Source of the DNA: Octopus bimaculoides
Lineage: Eukaryota
Length of the DNA stretch: 64,000 nt
NCBI RefSeq assembly: GCF_001194135.2
Contig: NC_068981.1
Coordinates: 144,780,236-144,844,235 of the forward strand
Direction of reading: 5' to 3'
How positions within the stretch are numbered: position 1 is the first letter of the stretch; every line of letters starts with the position of its first letter. This document shows, one piece after another, positions 49,859 to 62,265 of this stretch. Made by a program: the position numbers and the translations under genes. A model generated the notes under the pieces. The model was not told the DNA's origin. It did no database searches and saw only the letters and a list, made by a program, of their open reading frames with translations.

Positions 49859-50577
49859 ATATTAAATTGATCCTGTATTTGAGTGAAATTTTAATTGAAC
49901 TGCAAAATGTCGACCTCGACTGTCGTTGAACACAGAACTAAAAGATCCGTAACTACATACAAAACATTTTGGCCCGAAGTTTTAGTAATTTTGCCAATCC
50001 ACAGAACACTATACTTTCAATATTTCTTTTACACGTATAACTAACTGAAATCTACTCCCAATACTACCTTTCAATAACATTCTTTCAACAGTTTCTTCAT
50101 TCTAACATCTCTTTATAGTCTTCAAATGTATACTATTCATCGCAGTTGAAAAGTTTTTCAATGCTTCTGTTCAATACAACTCTTTCAACATTTAGTATAA
50201 ATCTGACATTTAGGTTTTTTTTCAGTCATGATTCTACTGCTATATCAATGAGTTATTTGACTAAATCATTTCAAACATATTTTAAACGTTAACAAAATAC
50301 ACATAAATATCTGTTAAAACATTTACGTTATCAACATATTCAAAATATATATTAGCCTCTTGCCACAATATCTACCAACATTTAATAAAAAGAATTTACA
50401 AATCGCAAACGCCCGACCAATTTTCTGTACTGTTAACATGCCTCCGATGTAATTTTTCGCCAGCATATTCATCTACGTATTAAATTACACCCGAAGAAAT
50501 GCCATCCGTTTTGTAAATAAATAATTTAACACAAAAACATTTCTGTTCGTTTTTTTACCCTTATCTCAATATGAAAC

Positions 50578-50645
50578 TGTTCTTTTTCATTTCTTGTTCT
50601 TTTTCATTTCTTGTTCTTTTTCATTTCTTGTTCTTTTTCATTTCC
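50578..50645. repeat. 17-bp minisatellite tgttctttttcatttct x4
   Basis: Four near-perfect consecutive units. Confidence 0.95.
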
Positions 50646-50785
50646 CCGTATCTAATAGAATCTATCCATATTCTTTTCTTTTCAAAAATACTTCGCCAAA
50701 CCATAACGTCTTCGTAATTCGATTTGGGTTTCGAGATGAAGTAGTTTTTGCTTTTATTACGCCACTGATACCTGTCTCCTTTTAA

Positions 50786-50826
50786 GAGATCGTTGGTAGA
50801 CCTGAAAGAGGTCGCACCGAAATCTC
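50786..50826 (+). ncRNA. Compact type III hammerhead-like fold with a 1-nt core insertion
   Basis: GAGA-TC | GTT-GGTA-GAC | CTGAAAGA | GGT-CGC-ACC | GAAA | TCTC. All three stems pair in the correct register around an AUC triplet. Confidence 0.45.
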
Positions 50827-51639
50827 CATTAAATCAAAACCTTATAAAAAAATTCATCGTATTGATTGATTCCTGATAAAGTAACGTGATAGTAACCAAT
50901 AACCCAGCAATGAGTATTATAAGAATTCATCTAAGCAACTGTATGTCGGTTTGTAAGAATGTTCCCAGTTGTAAGTAACAATTTTGCATCAATATAGATG
51001 ATGTTTTGCATTAATATAGATGGAAGCTTGCATAGAAGCACATGTTTCTCTTGATCACATGATAAATAACTGTGATTAATTTTTTGCGTATTTATATCAA
51101 TCGCAACTTGCTCAGATGCCATAAATCTGAGTAAATCAATCTTGTAGAAACCAACTGAAAATTGACAGCACCTTTATTAAAGTAATTTCTCCACAATACC
51201 ATGAATTAGCGTCATGACATTTTGAGCAGATGACTTCTGCTTGCGAATAACCTAGGGCAATATACCAACTTCATTCGATGTCCATAAAAGAGTTAATTAA
51301 TCTTGAAACGTATTATATTTAGATTCTACACTCCTCCCAACAAAGGAGCTTAGCAAAATCTCTTTTTCGAACATTCTGTTTATATATGTTGAACAAATAT
51401 ATTTTATGCACAGAGACAGCATGAATCAGAACTGTGATAAGTTTATATATTACAAAAGCATAGAAGAAATTTGTTTGCATTCTTCATATTTCACCTAAAG
51501 TCAGGCCTTATAATATTTGAATATATTTACAGAGTCGTTGAAGTTTCTTTTCAGTGATATTCGGATCTATTTAAAAGTAACCATGTTCTTGCTAATTGTT
51601 TTGGCTATGTGTGCAGTCATGAGCAGTCATAGATAACAT

Positions 51640-51850
51640 CAAATCGTCCTGGTTCTTCTACCGAGCAAGACATCCAGAATATGAATGTTATAGGGAGACA
51701 AACCTACATCAGCAACTGGCTGACACTTACAAGAGCTAAGCACGCTGGCACATAATGAAATAAAATTTCTTACTCGAGGACACAACACACCACTTGATCC
51801 GGGAACTGAAGCAACGAATTTATTATCTTGAACCAAACACTCTGACACTG
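51640..51850 (-). mobile_element. SINE family D-like, decayed
   Basis: aatgaaataaaatttcttactcgaggacacaac...ccgggaactgaagcaacg...ctgagcca is the reverse complement of a tRNA head and core. Confidence 0.6.
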
Positions 51851-52958
51851 AGCCAAGTGCTTTTATTGGGACGTATTTACAAAACCAAAATGTTTGTCCA
51901 CCTGTTTACATTCATTTGGTCGTAATAATATAAAAACGGAGTTGATCTTCTTTGATGGTATTGTCACACCTCAGATCTTCCTATATGGAACGAACCAATA
52001 ATGAGAGAACTTCCATTCATGCCTATCCCGTGTTTTCCTTTCAAACTTAGTGTAAGCATGGATACGTTATTCAATGTGCTGTTCCTTTTTAAGAGTTTAG
52101 GGTTTAATCTGAATGAGGTCCGGCTATTACAAGCGGCTCGACCTTCGTGGTTTTGTGCAAAATAAAATTACTAAATACAACGATATTGCTCTAGTGTTAT
52201 AAAATATATTAGTAGAACAAAAGAAGATCTCCTGATAAAGTAGAATTTATTTAAGAAACATTGAAACGAGAAGAAATCATTTAATATTAAATTATTTTGT
52301 TTTTATAATCAAGTTTATAAAAATAACAGCAATCGAAGCATTATAATCAAGTTTATAAACAATACGATATCCAAATTTAGCGTTGACTAATGCTTTTACA
52401 TCAATGCGACGAATTAGTAGAGTCGTTAGAGCATTGTACAATATCCATTGCGCTGTTTTTATTGGCTTTCTGCACCCTAAATTTACATCTCAGCAAGGTA
52501 AATGCTGCCTTTCATCCTTCTGCTGGTCGATAAATAAATTACCAGTCAAGTACTGGGTCATTTCTTTCCTTTTCTACAATTTCTCTTTATCTCTTCTTGT
52601 TTCACTCTCGTGGAGTCAGTTACGTTGTGCTTGGGGAGCTCTGGGCGTTCTCTCAGTAGAGGCTCTCTCTCCAGAACTGGGGAAGGCTTGAGTGAAAGCT
52701 AACAATTTCTTCCCATACAAAAAACAATATGCAACTGGAACAATCCAATGATAAACTGGTATGTTGTGAAGCAGTAATAAAAGCAAAATAATTTATTTTT
52801 ATGCATATGGGTCTGAAAATAAATAACTTGTAATAAATAATTCAATTACTCCTGTTAAAATTAAGCCGTTTTCATGCAAATTCTATCGATGGCGTATGTA
52901 TGTATGTATGTATGTATGCATGTATGTATGTATATATGTATGTAGCTAGCTAGCTAGC

Positions 52959-53020
<62 letters not shown>

Positions 53021-53368
53021 TAACAAATTCAAAACAAATTGTTCGCTTTATTTGGTTTTTTTTTAAATGGTTATATTACCTCATATTATATATTATATTA
53101 TATTATATTGTCAATTGTATTTCTCAATTTGATTTATTACTTCTACTCTATTCCTAGCTACAGTAGTAGCAACGTGAATTTCTTCTATCTTCTTACTCTG
53201 TTAAAATATTTTTAAAAAATAATATTAATGTGTCCCATTCCTTAAAATTCCATTTATTTATTTATGCAGCTGAAGATAGCACTGCATTTGAATTGAGGTA
53301 ATGATTACATTTTTCAATTAAATGGATCCGCTTGAAACAGTCGTAGTGCATTACTACTTAATATCCTG

Positions 53369-53407
<39 letters not shown>

Positions 53408-54172
53408 GTGTGTGAGTGTGTATGTGTGTGTCTGCGTGTGTGTTTGTTTATGTGTGTCTGTATGTCTGAGTGTATGTGTTTGTGTGTGTGTATATATGTA
53501 TACATATATATGTTATGTATGTATATATGTATATACATGCGTATATATATATGTATGTATGTATGTATTATGTATGTATGTATGTATTATAAATGCATGT
53601 AGTGTATCCGATGCTGCTAAATTTGATTTTATATGAATATATTTTATTCAATGATGATTCGTGCAATTTTATCTAATCAATTCTAGTTTGATTAAGCGCT
53701 AGGCACATCAGCAAAAGTACCGTTTGTTAGTTTCATGCAAGAACCAAGTGTTCTTTTGAACGTGTGAAAGGCAGATTTGAAGCTGGTATCCAACGATGCA
53801 GATACACAGAGATGAATGCATCCTACAAACTAATGACGCCATTCACAGACTTATGTGTTTTGATACATTTCGTTTAAAAAGAGTAATATCTCCTGGGATT
53901 ATTCCGAAGTTAAAAGTCATCCCATGTGAGAATGCTTGAACGTGTTAAATATAACTTTAAACGAATGCCTCACTCCACACACACACACATACAAACACAT
54001 GTGTGTGTCTGTATATACATATATATATATGCATGTATATACATATGTATATATATTATTATATATGTATATGTATATTTATATAGATAGGGTGATAAAT
54101 TAAATATTAATTCAATTTAAAACCAAGTGGCCCAGGATATAAAAATATCTGAAAATTCAGAAAAAAAAACTG

Positions 54173-54252
54173 TATTACACGTGTATAAGGGATGACCACT
54201 AGGTGGACATCCAATATGCTAGAAAGTGGTCATCCCTTATACACGTGCAATA
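54173..54252. repeat. 28-bp inverted repeat (1 mismatch) with a 24-nt loop
   Basis: tattacacgtgtataagggatgaccact ... agtggtcatcccttatacacgtgcaata. Confidence 0.95.
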
Positions 54253-55064
54253 TGTATATGTATACACACATACACACATGCACATTCACACATATACATA
54301 CATATATATATATANNNNNNNNNNNNNNNNNNNNNNNNNNNNNNNNNNNNNNNNNNNNNNNNNNNNNNNNNNNNNNNNNNNNNNNNNNNNNNNNNNNNNN
54401 NNNNNNNNNNNNNNNNNNNNNNNNNNNNNNNNNNNNNNNNNNNNNNNNNNNNNNNNNNNNNNNNNNNNNNNNNNNNNNNNNNNNNNNNNNNNNNNNNNNN
54501 NNNNNNNNNNNNNNNNNNNNNNNNNNNNNNNNNNNNNNNNNNNNNNNNNNNNNNNNNNNNNNNNNNNNNNNNNNNNNNNNNNNNNNNNNNNNNNNNNNNN
54601 NNNNNNNNNNNNNNNNNNNNNNNNNNNNNNNNNNNNNNNNNNNNNNNNNNNNNNNNNNNNNNNNNNNNNNNNNNNNNNNNNNNNNNNNNNNNNNNNNNNN
54701 NNNNNNNNNNNNNNNNNNNNNNNNNNNNNNNNNNNNNNNNNNNNNNNNNNNNNNNNNNNNNNNNNNNNNNNNNNNNNNNNNNNNNNNNNNNNNNNNNNNN
54801 NNNNNNNNNNNNNNNNNNNNNNNNNNNNNNNNNNNNNNNNNNNNNNNNNNNNNNNNNNNNNNNNNNNNNNNNNNNNNNNNNNNNNNNNNNNNNNNNNNNN
54901 NNNNNNNNNNNNNNNNNNNNNNNNNNNNNNNNNNNNNNNNNNNNNNNNNNNNNNNNNNNNNNNNNNNNNNNNNNNNNNNNNNNNNNNNNNNNNNNNNNNN
55001 NNNNNNNNNNNNNNNNNNNNNNNNNNCACACACACAAACATACAGAGTTTTCACAGATTTTTGT

Positions 55065-55515
55065 TTTATTCTTTTATTTGATTCAGTTTTCGGGTTACAG
55101 CCATACTAGAGCACCGCCTTCAACGGTTTTATTTGAACGAATCGATCCCAGTAGTTAGTTTGTTTACGGTGATGTAAAAAAAAATAACTTCGATTGTCAA
55201 ACGGTAATAAAGGATTGAACCCGGAACCGTAAAAGTTTGTTGTATGAGGGAGATGGAAAGCATGATTCTAGTCACCCATCTATTTGTTTCTGATGGGTAA
55301 CGAGTGAGATTCATGTCCTGCCAGAAATATGTCCAATAAACTAATGGTGGAGCTTTCGACCATCGGCTGACTTGAAGTGCCACAGTTTCCAGGAGGATAG
55401 AACTATTGCGTGGTAACGGCGGTTGCAATGAAACTGAGGGCACAAGACTTGATAGGTACAAAGACGGATACTGTTCGGGAACCAAACTTCTTACCACTCG
55501 GTGCAGAAAACATGC
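55065..55515 (-). mobile_element. Family A-like SINE whose tRNA head is split by a ~240-bp insert
   Basis: Minus strand: gagtggtaagaagtttggttcccgaac, insert (55231-55472), ggttccgggttcaatcc, then the family A 3' half. Confidence 0.7.
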
Positions 55516-55977
55516 CACCACTCTGGCAATTCTGCCAGTTAACCAAGTTGGATAGACATTTTACTTATGGACCTGAAAAAGATGAAAAACAAAGTTAAAG
55601 TAAAATAACCCAAGGCAGTTTATCAAAGTCTCTGACGACACAGTCCAAAGGTATATACCTTACATGGGCTTATACATTTTGGTAGGCTTTTTCAACAACA
55701 TGATCTGTTGTTGTAAACTTTAGAGTTTTTGTTGCAGTGCTTATGGATGTTGTAGCTATTGTTGTTATTGTATAAACCAAAACAACGTTCATCAAACCCA
55801 CACCCGATCCAACCACGTATGTCAGTCGATTGTTGTAGATATACAATTCCTTCCTATGGCTGAAGTGAAAACGATGCGTTCTCATATGTATTTCTCAGTT
55901 GCATAACAGTTTTAAAATGTAGTTCTCTCTGCGAGACGCACACGTGCACACATACGCACATACGCATATATATATAT

Positions 55978-56022
<45 letters not shown>

Positions 56023-57029
56023 NNNNNNNNNNNNNNNNNNNNNNNNNNNNNNNNNNNNNNNNNNNNNNNNNNNNNNNNNNNNNNNNNNNNNNNNNNNNNN
56101 NNNNNNNNNNNNNNNNNNNNNNNNNNNNNNNNNNNNNNNNNNNNNNNNNNNNNNNNNNNNNNNNNNNNNNNNNNNNNNNNNNNNNNNNNNNNNNNNNNNN
56201 NNNNNNNNNNNNNNNNNNNNNNNNNNNNNNNNNNNNNNNNNNNNNNNNNNNNNNNNNNNNNNNNNNNNNNNNNNNNNNNNNNNNNNNNNNNNNNNNNNNN
56301 NNNNNNNNNNNNNNNNNNNNNNNNNNNNNNNNNNNNNNNNNNNNNNNNNNNNNNNNNNNNNNNNNNNNNNNNNNNNNNNNNNNNNNNNNNNNNNNNNNNN
56401 NNNNNNNNNNNNNNNNNNNNNNNNNNNNNNNNNNNNNNNNNNNNNNNNNNNNNNNNNNNNNNNNNNNNNNNNNNNNNNNNNNNNNNNNNNNNNNNNNNNN
56501 NNNNNNNNNNNNNNNNNNNNNNNNNNNNNNNNNNNNNNNNNNNNNNNNNNNNNNNNNNNNNNNNNNNNNNNNNNNNNNNNNNNNNNNNNNNNNNNNNNNN
56601 NNNNNNNNNNNNNNNNNNNNNNNNNNNNNNNNNNNNNNNNNNNNNNNNNNNNNNNNNNNNNNNNNNNNNNNNNNNNNNNNNNNNNNNNNNNNNNNNNNNN
56701 NNNNNNNNNNNNNNNNNNNNNNNNNNNNNNNNNNNNNNNNNNNNNNNNNNNNNNNNNNNNNNNNNNNNNNNNNNNNNNNNNNNNNNNNNNNNNNNNNNNN
56801 NNNNNNNNNNNNNNNNNNNNNNNNNNNNNNNNNNNNNNNNNNNNNNNNNNNNNNNNNNNNNNNNNNNNNNNNNNNNNNNNNNNNNNNNNNNNNNNNNNNN
56901 NNNNNNNNNNNNNNNNNNNNNNNNNNNNNNNNNNNNNNNNNNNNNNNNNNNNNNNNNNNNNNNNNNNNNNNNNNNNNNNNNNNNNNNNNNNNNNNNNNNN
57001 NNNNNNNNNNNNNTATACATTATGTAGCG

Positions 57030-57074
<45 letters not shown>

Positions 57075-57566
57075 TGTGTGTGTGTAGGTGTGTATGTGCG
57101 TGTGCACCTCTACTTTTCATAGACAGTAGTTGCAGTTTATCGTAGTTTCAGAAAATGTGCAGAAGCTCTCTTTTTGGCTCACCTCTTACTAGGTCTCGAT
57201 GGTGTTGTTGTCCTTGTTCTTGATGTTAATTGTGTTTCTGCCACAGGTCAACACTTATTAGTCATAAATAATCAAATCCTATTATTGAGACCGCAGGATT
57301 TGACTTGAGAGAATTCCGACTGCTATTTGTCAAAGGTCGAGCTACATCGTTGAGGGTCATTGTTGCCGTGCAATAACCACGCTGTATAAGTGTTCTGAAG
57401 TGTTGCACACGGTTTCTGAAGCTGCCATCTTGAAAGAGGCCGAATTATTTGCTATGTTCACCTCTATTATAAATTTATTTCGTCTCCTATTGGTTTTCCA
57501 GACGAACACATAGACATCCCAAACACCCTTGGTCTCTTTCTCATCTCTAAAATTAAAATTCTGCAA

Positions 57567-57830
57567 AACCCTATCTGTCTGCATCTATCGAGTCTCGTGA
57601 CCACTGTTTCATTGCAACCGTCCATACCACACAATAGCTCTAACCTCCCAGAAATGTAGCACCTCAGGTCAGCCGATTGGTCGAAGTTTCACCATCAGTT
57701 TATGGGATACATCTTTGGTTGTACATGAACCTCACTCGTGACCCATCAGACACAACTAGACGGATGATTAGAATCACACTTTACACCCCCTTCACTCAAG
57801 AAACTTTCAATGTTCCTAGTTCAGTACCCC
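57567..57830 (+). mobile_element. Second copy of the insert plus B-box segment, inverted relative to 55065-55515
   Basis: gtttcattgcaaccg...gtcagccgattggtcgaa...ctcactcgtgacccatcaga...gttcctagttcagtacc. Confidence 0.75.
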
Positions 57831-58169
57831 AAGTGATTTACTCGAAACTCTGCTACAGTAGTTCGGGCTTTTTTTTTTTTGAGTGCTTCAGGTAATTTTT
57901 TGTATTTTCATAAAAGTATTACAAAATATGAGTTATGTATGCATAAGGGAAAATTTGTAAGTTAAAAGGACTAAGTGATTGGATAAAAACTTATAATAAT
58001 TCACTCAAGAAACTGAAGCCTCGACATACAATCTTGTTGTAAAATAGCCCAGTAGTTTGCTAGCCAGTTACTTGTTTTTAATTTCATCCCCGATCAGCCT
58101 TAATCGAGCAGACTTATAATCGAAAGGTGTTCCAGCTAGTTGCAGTTTCTAGCAAGTCAAGTGGCAGCG

Positions 58170-58500
58170 TTGAGGTGTTTAGTACTTTGCAAGTGATTGG
58201 AGGAAAATAGAGTTAAAAGCTTTTCTCATGTTGATAGTAGTTAAGATAGTGCATGCTCTTTGTTGATGTACCCATCATGTATATTTAGGGTAAACTTTGT
58301 AAGTGACATTGTGATGAGGTGAATCTTCGCGAGTTTAAAAGAAGAATGTCTTAAGTTGTAGTATGTTTCCGCCTTCCTGTCGTATTTATAGGGACTATAT
58401 GGTGGTTGCTACATCGTTTGGGTTTTAAGTTGTCATAAGTTTTACCAGTTCGATATTCTAGGGATTTGACAGTGTTAATATGAGTAAGGTTGAGGATAAT
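58170..58500 (-). mobile_element. Highly decayed non-LTR reverse transcriptase remnant
   Basis: Minus-strand frames give HLITMSLTKFTLNIHDGYINK and TILTTINMRKAFNSI, resembling LINE RT motifs HST..L..L...I..G.N and D..KAFD.V. Confidence 0.45.
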
Positions 58501-60074
58501 TTCAATAGTGTTAATTGCTGACAACGTTGGGTTTACTATGTTCGTTTCAGCGACATTTATTATAGACGAATCTCAATTAGAGTTAATTCATTGTAATTGA
58601 AAATATATGAAGGAGTATGCAACAGTGCATTTATTAAAAAGAAAGAAATATCAGTAAATTAATTTGTCAATGCTTATTGCTTTTATTAGAATATAACTGT
58701 TCCAACTTTCTCTGATTTGATATTTCTAAGATTTAATATCAAACTATCCATAAGAAATATTAAAATTTCTGTACCCTTGGCTCTCTGTAATTATAATATG
58801 AAAAGAAAAATGATTTCTTTATCTTCTACAGTACATCTGTAATAGTTATCTCAAGGCCTGAAATGGAAAAAAATAAGGTGTTTAGGATTGGCTTAGAATG
58901 TAGGAACACTACATTTACATGACAAGTCAATGAAATGAGATCACATATTTCATAAATCTTATTGCAGATATATAGATTATTAAAAACGACTTTGCTGTAA
59001 ACATAAGTATCAAATGAGATTATGAATAATGTTATTGATCTGAGAGTGCTGACGGCTTATTATAGAAACAGTCTTACACTTTCACCAATGAAAATATTCC
59101 TCACAGCAAGTCCACATTGAACGCTTATTGAAAAGTTTCTCTAATACAAGACAGTTCTTGAGATCTAAAAATGTAACTGAGCATATTTAGCATAAAACAG
59201 TATCGATTATATTTTCTGCCATCAATTCTTAGTGAGAGACACTTCCTTTCCATTGATAATGCCATAGAAAAATATCATGAACGACTCATCCTCCGATTCT
59301 GAAGATTCGTGGCAATGCAACATAAAATACTACATAACGTTATAGAATATTAATAATGGTGTTGTTATCTGTTCTTGTGTAACGACATAACTAAACATCG
59401 CATGCAAGAATTTTTTTTCCAGCTGCGTTCACTCTGTTTTTGACAACATTCTTATATTAAATCTGAAACATACAACGACTTTTGACAAGAATGTACGAAT
59501 GGTAATGATATCTACAAATAAAAAAAAAGAAGAAAATGATATCCGTCGAAAGAATCGTAATGTATTATGTAGTATAGTATTACAATTTAATTCATTCCAG
59601 TAAGAAATACATAAAAATATATTTTTGATCGGTATATAATTTCCTTCATAATTTGAATATAACCTGAAGGGGCAAGAGCTTCAGGTTTCAAATATTCTCA
59701 ATAGAATATAAAAGACAATAATATATACCGCAAGACAATGTTATGTTTAACAACTGAAGCAGGATTCAGCTAACTTTAATTAACATTTTCTCTTTCTATT
59801 TTTTGATAAAATATGCTATGTGAAAAGGATTTATTTATCAAATTTTCGATATTCTACTTACTGATTTCATAGCCTATTGAATATAACTTCCAAAAAATGA
59901 TGCCCTGCTGATAAAATCCATAAATGACCTATTAATGTTACCTAGGACGTATTAAACAAACACACAGCGCCTAATTGCTTACAAAGGATATATATGTATG
60001 AGTTAGCAGAAACGAGTAATTTAGTTTTAGAAAAGAGCGAAAGCAACAACAACAGCTACTACTACTACTACTAC

Positions 60075-60131
<57 letters not shown>

Positions 60132-60162
60132 TAACAATAATAATAATAATAATAATAATAAT

Positions 60163-60375
60163 CCTTTCTACTGGTAGCATAAAGCTGCAACTCTTGGGGA
60201 AGGTATCAAGTTGATTACATCGACTCCACTGCGTAACTGGTACTTGTTTAATCGACCCCGAAGGATGAAAGGCAAAGTCGACCTCGGCGGAATTTGAACT
60301 CAGAACGTAAAGATGGACGAAATACCGCTAAGCATTTCGTACAGCGAGCTAAATATTCTGGCAGCTCACCGCCTT

Positions 60376-60450
<75 letters not shown>

Positions 60451-60825
60451 AAGAAGAAGAAGAAGAAGAAGAAGAAGAAGAAGAAGAAGAAGAATCCTTT
60501 CGACAATTGGCACAACGCCTGAAAGTTTGGGGGAGGAGTTAGTGCTTTTATCGACTCCAAAAGGATAGAAGGCTAGGTCGACTTCTGCAGACCTTGAACT
60601 TAGAACGTAAGGATGGACGAAATGCTGCGAATCATTTTGTTCCGCCTGCTCATGATTCTGCCAGTTCACCGCCTTAGTAATAATAGTAATTCCGGGGAGG
60701 GATGAAATCGATTACTTCGACCCCAGTGTTCATCTGGTACTTATTTTATCGACCCTAAAAGGACGAAAAGCAAAGTTGACCTCGGCGAAATTTGAACACA
60801 GAACGTAAGATGAACGAAATGCCAA
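60163..60825 (-). mobile_element. Three tandem family B SINE copies between (AAT)n/(AAG)n runs
   Basis: Copies at ~60163-60375, ~60495-60675 and ~60690-60825, all in the same orientation. Confidence 0.9.
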
Positions 60826-61538
60826 TATTTCATTTATCTAATATTAATGAACCAGTAATAACTGATTTTAGTGAACAATGTATAATTAAATGTATTAGGC
60901 ATTATATAAACAGTCTTAGACATGACACAACCGGTTTAATTGAACTAGAAATATGTTGATATTTTACTGCAGTTTGAATTATTAATTTCATTATATATTG
61001 GCTATCTAATTTTTATTGTAATGGCTTATACTGGAGTTAACTAATTTTACTGTTATGAGATAAATAATTTCAAGGAAAATAGGAAAGCTACTCAGTTTCC
61101 AAATAATGTTATTTAAGTCTTAAATGTTGTAATATCATAAATTAATATTTTGTCTAAGGAATTCTTTACATCTCAGAGCTCTTTACATGAGTTCTTATTG
61201 ACTGTTCTTTAATTCACTTATATTCTACAATTATGTTAGGTAAACATTTTACTATAGCATTTATTCATTTAGTACTTGCCTTTGGTGTTATTGAAATAGA
61301 AATATCTTTCTTGTAGCTCTGGATAAACTATTAGCAAAACCAGTCACATTGTAATTGAATTTTCATATCCATTTATTTTGAACGACGAGAAATACCTTTT
61401 CCGTGTGTAATAGTAACCTATCATATGCAGAACTGAATTAATTCCGGTTAAATATGATTAATAATTTCCGTTTCAAAAATTAACACCCATCATTGAGTCA
61501 CTTTCTTCGGAAATATGGTAATTGTGGAAGATTCACAT

Positions 61539-62265
61539 AAAGAATATAGAATGACATTTTAGTAACAGACCGTCGTAAGCGCCACAACTTAAAAACCGAG
61601 AAAAAAGCAGTCAAACTTTCGCGACTTTCAGAATGCGATATCTCGGCAAGGAATGGAGTTAGGAAGTTGGTTTTGATCTTAAAATGACCGTGAAGACCTC
61701 CTCTAAACATTCCACCTATGTAAAATTATATTTTTATGTATGCATCTGAAAGATGAAACAATGACTGCGTCTTTCTCATTTTGTAAAATTTATTGGTACT
61801 ACGAAACGGTGTATCGTATTGCGCATTTTAACCATAATACCTAAAAGAAAACATACAGAGACCATCCAAAGGTATTGCATGTATTTTAATATACCAAGTT
61901 AAGTATCATTAAGAGGCAAGTAAGACAAGATAGTAAGATGATAGCCCATTATCGTTACAATGGTAACGAAGAATATTAGAAACTGAGCCATAACACCTCG
62001 ATATACGATACAGGGACCATACCAAAGTTATTGATCGAGTATGTGTGCTTACGACGGTGTTACTAAGCTCTCTGGTCCGAGTTTGGGTGAGCAAGCGTCG
62101 TGTCAATAGCGTCGGGGTACCTTATTGCAAGCCTCACCGGTTCTTCCTCCCAACATTTTCGGATCCTAGGCGTAGAGACAAAGAAAATGATAAAGTAACC
62201 GCGAAAGTGGTCGGGTTGGCGCTTACGACACTCTGTTACTAAACGCGTCAATTGATAAATTCTTT
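61539..62265. mobile_element. Putative non-autonomous DNA element with imperfect ~50-bp inverted ends and an internal third motif copy
   Basis: The motif ggcgcttacgac(gg/ac)tctgttactaaa occurs at 61558-61584 (-), 62217-62243 (+) and partially at 62047-62066 (+); flanking aaagaat and actttcgcg are also mirrored. Confidence 0.55.

Noticed and set aside
55670-55885. 71-codon minus-strand ORF with a hydrophobic stretch and Thr-rich tail
   Set aside because: No homology recognised; length and composition are compatible with chance in (ACA)-rich DNA.
62221-62250. CTTACGA...TAAACGCGTC resembling a PLE hammerhead end (GAAACGCGTC)
   Set aside because: Two essential G positions are T, no stem II forms, and the other two motif copies lack the palindrome.
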